Shown here piece by piece: positions 24,742-29,126 of a stretch of 29,126 bases of DNA. Location of the stretch: positions 1-29,126 of the forward strand of contig CALEJO010000205.1 of NCBI GenBank assembly GCA_937898155.1, given 5' to 3'. This DNA comes from an uncultured Clostridia bacterium. Lineage in GTDB: Bacteria; Bacillota; Clostridia; Oscillospirales; CAG-272. The notes beneath the pieces were generated by a model that saw only the letters and a list, made by a program, of their open reading frames with translations, had not been told where the DNA came from and ran no database searches. The first letter of the stretch is position 1; each line of letters begins with the position of its first letter. The position numbers and the translations under genes are program-made.

Positions 24742-27700
24742 TCATCCATTTTCTTTTTTCTTTTTCTTTGCGATGGCTACTGCCAGCACCGTGCCCGCCG
24801 ACGCGATCACGCCGATCGTGATAACCGCCCAAAGACCGCCGTTGGCAAAGACCGATCCCGCCGCGCTGCCGCTATGATCCGGCGTAAAGCTATTGAACAG
24901 TATCTTCGGAACAACGAATTGCGTAGTCCTGTTTTTATTACCGGAAAACCATTCCAGATATTCTTCGTTTGCAGAAGCGTTGCCGTTCAGCAGTTTATAC
25001 GGCGTATCCGTTCTGATGTTAGTCGAGGTGCAGGAGGATTTGGCGTAGCTCTTTCCGTGCGCATCCGTTATGTCGGAAGCGGTTTTCAGATAACAGCAAT
25101 CGGTATAGCTTCCTTTGGCGTTGTCCGAAGCAAGCGCGCCGTAATGCGCCTCCGCCGTGACAGCTCCTCCCGCAAAGCAGTTATAGACCGTCACTTCCCC
25201 GTCCGCGCCGGCATCGTTTCCGATCATACCGCCGGCATATTCTCCTGCCGCCGTGACCGCGCCGTAGTTGCCGCTGTTCTCGATCTTCACGCTTCCGGTG
25301 ACGACACCGACAATGCCGCCGCACCCAGCCGCGCCGCTGACCTTACCTAATATATAATTCGCCGTATTTAGGATGCGGATGTCGCCCGAAGCCGCGCCGA
25401 TGATACCGCCGGCGCTCATCGTCCCTGAGATCACGGAGCCGCCGTTTTCATATCCGTTTTCGCACAGATCGAATTCCAGCGCACCTTCGGCTTTGCCGAC
25501 GATGCCGCCGACAATGCCGCTGTCGCATTTTACCTCGGCGTTATTCTGACAGCTGATAATCTCTGTCTTGCTCACCTCTGTCTCAGAACTGCTTTCTTGC
25601 TTTGATATACCGAAAAGAGACAAAAGAGACCCGCTAATGCTCTGATCCATGCCGCCTACCAAAGAGGGAAGATCGATTTTTTTCGGATGAAAACTTAACG
25701 TTCCCACGATTCCGCCGGTCGGACCTGCCGCCCCGGATACGCTGTTCTGATTGGCACATTTTATAAGCGTCGTTTTTTCGGCATATCCGACGATGCCGCC
25801 GGTAGAGTTGCCGCTCTTTTCCGACAGAGACGTGACGATCGCCGTCGAATAGCAGTTGATTACTGTGGAATCGACCGCCTTTCCCGCGATCGCGCCCGTG
25901 TAGTCGGCGGCACCGCTTGATTGTTTTTCACTCAAAACCGTGCCCGACACCGTCAGATTGCGGATATCGGCGTTTTTCACAACACCGAAAAGTCCGACGT
26001 TTCCGTTCCCGACGATCTCGGCGGTGACGATATGATCTCCGCCGTCAAAATAACCGTCAAAGGGATACTGCTCCGTTCCGATCGGGGCGCCGGTATAGGA
26101 AATGTTGCGTTTCAGCCGGAAATACTTCCCGCTGACCGAATTTCCTTTTGCAAGATCGTCCGCGAGATAGCGGAGACCGACCTCGCTTAAAATCATATAC
26201 GGATCGTCCTTCGTTCCCGAACCGGGGAGCGGTTCGAGGGAAAGGCCGTTGATATTGACCGTCGCCATCCCGTTATACAGCGTGCCGCCCTCAGTCCATA
26301 GCGTCCAGTCCGACGATCCGTATGGATAAACTTTGAAATAGCTGTTCAGCCGTTTGACAAGCGACGTTCCGCAGTCTGCCGGAGATACAGCCGTGCCGAT
26401 CGTATCAGACTGCTTTCCCGAAACGTAAAAACAGTTAATGATGTTGCATTGGCGCATTTCCGTTGAGCAGAGTGCGGCATTTGCCGTGCCGCTGAGGACA
26501 TATCCGCCGTTAAAGCTGTTCCACGCACCCCAATGCTCCGCATACATTGCCCATCCGATGAGTCCGCCCGAATGATGCGCCATGATATCGGCATAGTTTG
26601 CGCAGTTGAGAACGAGTCCCGCTCTTACGACTACACCGATTATTCCGCCGGAGTATCCGGTCAAACCGTTTCCGATCCTTCCGTTTTTGGTGTTGACACA
26701 GTTCATCACCTCGTTATTCACATAGGATATGCCGTCCACCTGCCCGACGATACCGCCGCAATAGGAAGTTGCGATCACCAATGCGTTGTTGACACAGCCG
26801 TTGATCCGCGAGCCTTCCGTTATCGTTCCGGCGATCCCGCCGCAAATTTCTACCATGCCGGTGATCTCACCGTTATTCCGGCTTTTTTCAAGGGTTGTCG
26901 CAAACATATATCCGATAATCCCGGCGGTGTTGGTACGGCCGCAGATCTTACCGTTGTTCACGCAGTCCGTAAGGATGCAATTCTTCGTTTCCGCAGCGAT
27001 ACCCGCCACCTTATTCTGACCGGATGCATAGACCTCCGCGTTGTTATGCAGGTTGACAAAATGCGAGCAATCGGCATAACCGATGATCGCTCCCATATGG
27101 CAACCGCCCGCTGCTTTGCCGTTCACGATCAGGTCTTTGATCTCGGCATTTTGGGTATAAGCAAACAGTCCTTTGTAATCGCCGACGGTGCTGTACTGCC
27201 AAAGCTCGACGGAGTGTCCGTTTCCGTCGAAAGTGCCGGAAAACGGCTTTTTATATAAAATCTCCGACAATGCACTTGAATACGAAGGACCCTGATATCC
27301 TTCCGGATCGTATATTCCGATCGGCACGGTGACCGAACGGACGTCGTTTTCAAGGCGGAAGTATTTTCCGCTGAAATGATCGACAGACGCATAGTTCGTC
27401 ATGAGTGCGAGTATCGTCATTTCATAGCCGGTATAGATCCGGTACGGGTCAGCTTCCGTTCCGGAGCCGGCAAACTGATATTGATAGGCGGTCGGAAAAC
27501 TGTTGCCGCTCAGTGTGCAGTTGTTTGCATTGACGGTCAACGCAGTATCATCCTTATAATTTGAACGGAAAACGCAGTTTTTGACGGTCGAATTTCTTGT
27601 GTTGACATAAACTTCCGAACCTTCCACACCGCCGCTTGTATCGTTATACTCAAAGGTGCAGTTATTGACCGTGCCGGACAAGGCTTCCTGAAATATGGCA

Positions 27701-28923
27701 CCGCCGTATCTGCCGCCGGCTTTGTTGTAACAAAAATCGCAGTTTGCGACCGTGTTGTTTTCTCCGTCCATATAGATCGCGCCGCCGTAATAGCTGTCCA
27801 AGTCGCCATTGATATCGGAGCCGCCCGCGATGCAGTGGCTGAAATTAAAGCCGGAGATCAGGGCATCATCGCCTTCCGTATATATCGCACCGCCATGATC
27901 AATGGCATAGCAGGATGCGATCGTCATGCGGGTATCGTAGTTCGGTGCGGCGTTGCCGTTATCCGGATCGTAATCTCCGATATAGCTGTTATTATTACCG
28001 TTGTCCGCAAGGAATCCGCCTCTGTCGTAGGAATTACAGCGGAATGCGGCGCAGTTCGAGAAATAAAACTCGCTGTAGTCGCCGGCGTTGTAAATCACGC
28101 CGCCGTCGTCATCGGTATAGCAGTCCTCAAAGCGGCAGTTTTTGAAAAACCACTTGTTGCCTACATTGCCATTGCCGATCGCGCCGCCGTCCTCGTTATT
28201 GCGGCAATCCTTGAAAAGACAGTTTTCGGCTGTCACGGTGGTATATGGCGAAATGGCCTCTATGCAGGCACCGCCATTATCGGAGGTGCAATGCTCAAAA
28301 GTGACGTTTTTCAGATTGATCGAGCAAGAACCCGAATCACTCATCCCGGGAATTGCGCTTCCACCCACAAAACCCGCAAAAATGACCGAGTCTTCGCAGA
28401 ACTGAAACGTCACGTTGTTTGCGCTGAACACAGCTCCTGAGCAAAGCTTGAATGCGGTGCCGGAAATGCACATTGTGCCGTTGGAAACCGAGATGTTGTG
28501 CGTATTGGTATCCTTCAGATAAGGGAGGTCGCCGCTCTGATGGATATAACAGTCGGTCACTGTCCATTTGTGCCCGCCGAGATCGACCCGAACAGAAAAC
28601 GTCATATTGTTTATGAAATCAGACGTCACCCAATCGTCGCAGAGAAGGACATTCACCTGCGGGATATTGCGCTCTCCATACATACTTCTCTCGTTCAGTT
28701 CATCAATGATCTCTTCGGCATCGGCATAGGTGTCGATCTTGTAGCACCGCAGATAATTGCTGCCGCTCGATTTGTTTCCTATGTAATATATAGCGCCGAG
28801 CTTGCCGACACTGACATGGATACCGTCGGAAATGGTATAAGCACTTACCGGAAACTGTAAAAACGTCAGCATCCCGAAGACCATACAGAACGTCAGAAGC
28901 AGTGATAAAATTCTTTTTTTCAC
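24742..28923 (-). CDS. Large cell-surface protein: right-handed beta-helix (GGAI repeats) plus two GLUG-motif blocks, C-terminal membrane anchor
   Basis: 1393 aa with a signal peptide (GTG start). Repeated F..C....GGAI motifs; two G(S)GT..DPY.I...GKYFRL...PIG...F.G.FDG.GH modules followed by many GGIVG/C.N repeats; TM helix and KKKKK tail. Confidence 0.85.
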   Translation of the reverse strand: MKKRILSLLLTFCMVFGMLTFLQFPVSAYTISDGIHVSVGKLGAIYYIGNKSSGSNYLRCYKIDTYADAEEIIDELNERSMYGERNIPQVNVLLCDDWVTSDFINNMTFSVRVDLGGHKWTVTDCYIHQSGDLPYLKDTNTHNISVSNGTMCISGTAFKLCSGAVFSANNVTFQFCEDSVIFAGFVGGSAIPGMSDSGSCSINLKNVTFEHCTSDNGGACIEAISPYTTVTAENCLFKDCRNNEDGGAIGNGNVGNKWFFKNCRFEDCYTDDDGGVIYNAGDYSEFYFSNCAAFRCNSYDRGGFLADNGNNNSYIGDYDPDNGNAAPNYDTRMTIASCYAIDHGGAIYTEGDDALISGFNFSHCIAGGSDINGDLDSYYGGAIYMDGENNTVANCDFCYNKAGGRYGGAIFQEALSGTVNNCTFEYNDTSGGVEGSEVYVNTRNSTVKNCVFRSNYKDDTALTVNANNCTLSGNSFPTAYQYQFAGSGTEADPYRIYTGYEMTILALMTNYASVDHFSGKYFRLENDVRSVTVPIGIYDPEGYQGPSYSSALSEILYKKPFSGTFDGNGHSVELWQYSTVGDYKGLFAYTQNAEIKDLIVNGKAAGGCHMGAIIGYADCSHFVNLHNNAEVYASGQNKVAGIAAETKNCILTDCVNNGKICGRTNTAGIIGYMFATTLEKSRNNGEITGMVEICGGIAGTITEGSRINGCVNNALVIATSYCGGIVGQVDGISYVNNEVMNCVNTKNGRIGNGLTGYSGGIIGVVVRAGLVLNCANYADIMAHHSGGLIGWAMYAEHWGAWNSFNGGYVLSGTANAALCSTEMRQCNIINCFYVSGKQSDTIGTAVSPADCGTSLVKRLNSYFKVYPYGSSDWTLWTEGGTLYNGMATVNINGLSLEPLPGSGTKDDPYMILSEVGLRYLADDLAKGNSVSGKYFRLKRNISYTGAPIGTEQYPFDGYFDGGDHIVTAEIVGNGNVGLFGVVKNADIRNLTVSGTVLSEKQSSGAADYTGAIAGKAVDSTVINCYSTAIVTSLSEKSGNSTGGIVGYAEKTTLIKCANQNSVSGAAGPTGGIVGTLSFHPKKIDLPSLVGGMDQSISGSLLSLFGISKQESSSETEVSKTEIISCQNNAEVKCDSGIVGGIVGKAEGALEFDLCENGYENGGSVISGTMSAGGIIGAASGDIRILNTANYILGKVSGAAGCGGIVGVVTGSVKIENSGNYGAVTAAGEYAGGMIGNDAGADGEVTVYNCFAGGAVTAEAHYGALASDNAKGSYTDCCYLKTASDITDAHGKSYAKSSCTSTNIRTDTPYKLLNGNASANEEYLEWFSGNKNRTTQFVVPKILFNSFTPDHSGSAAGSVFANGGLWAVITIGVIASAGTVLAVAIAKKKKKENG

Positions 28924-28942
28924 GGGATTACCCCCATCTGTT

Positions 28943-29125
28943 TTATTCTGTCACCGTGATCTGATAGGATGCGGTGACGCCTGAGAAAGTGACACCCACG
29001 GTAAATTCACCTTGTTCGGTGAAACAGCCGCTATCGTCGAGCTTGCAGAGCGACGTGTCAAACTGCGCGTCCTTCATCTCTTCGGCATTCGTGAAATAGG
29101 CGGCACGGGGGACGATCTCGCTTCT
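28943..29125 (-). CDS. C-terminal end of a gene truncated by the window edge, ending in a bacterial Ig-like (Big_3-type) strand pattern
   Basis: Open frame ...RSEIVPRAAYFTNAEEMKDAQFDTSLCKLDDSGCFTEQGEFTVGVTFSGVTASYQITVTE*, stopping 19 nt before the next start. Confidence 0.6.
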   Translation of the reverse strand, partial: RSEIVPRAAYFTNAEEMKDAQFDTSLCKLDDSGCFTEQGEFTVGVTFSGVTASYQITVTE

Positions 29126-29126
29126 G

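Overview
Chromosomal window from a spore-forming Bacillota (Clostridia-like) bacterium. Markers are spoIIID, a spoVT 5' end, groESL with a CIRCE operator, and Gram-positive RBS and promoter signals. Housekeeping and catabolic genes (GH20 hexosaminidase, AGCS symporter, groES/groEL, sugar epimerase, Gfo/Idh/MocA, wecB, 5'-nucleotidase) are interleaved with accessory DNA. The most notable features are: (1) a tandem array of five small genes (23364-24710) with a near-identical 35-aa double-glycine leader and unrelated cores, one clearly flagellin-like and two resembling motifs of the neighbouring surface protein, with no maturation enzyme or transporter in the window; (2) spoVT cut after codon 33 by an AT-richer tnpV/DUF3800 element running off the left edge; (3) a 1.5-kb recombinase-less element inserted at a GA dinucleotide in the groEL terminator, whose empty site and circular joint can be reconstructed and which carries a hairpin-repeat-flanked methyltransferase; (4) a LexA/CI-like repressor with visible operators controlling a divergent small membrane protein. 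Two tandem M6 metalloproteases and a 1393-aa GLUG/beta-helix surface protein are also present. All family calls come from motif recognition by eye; no database search was run.
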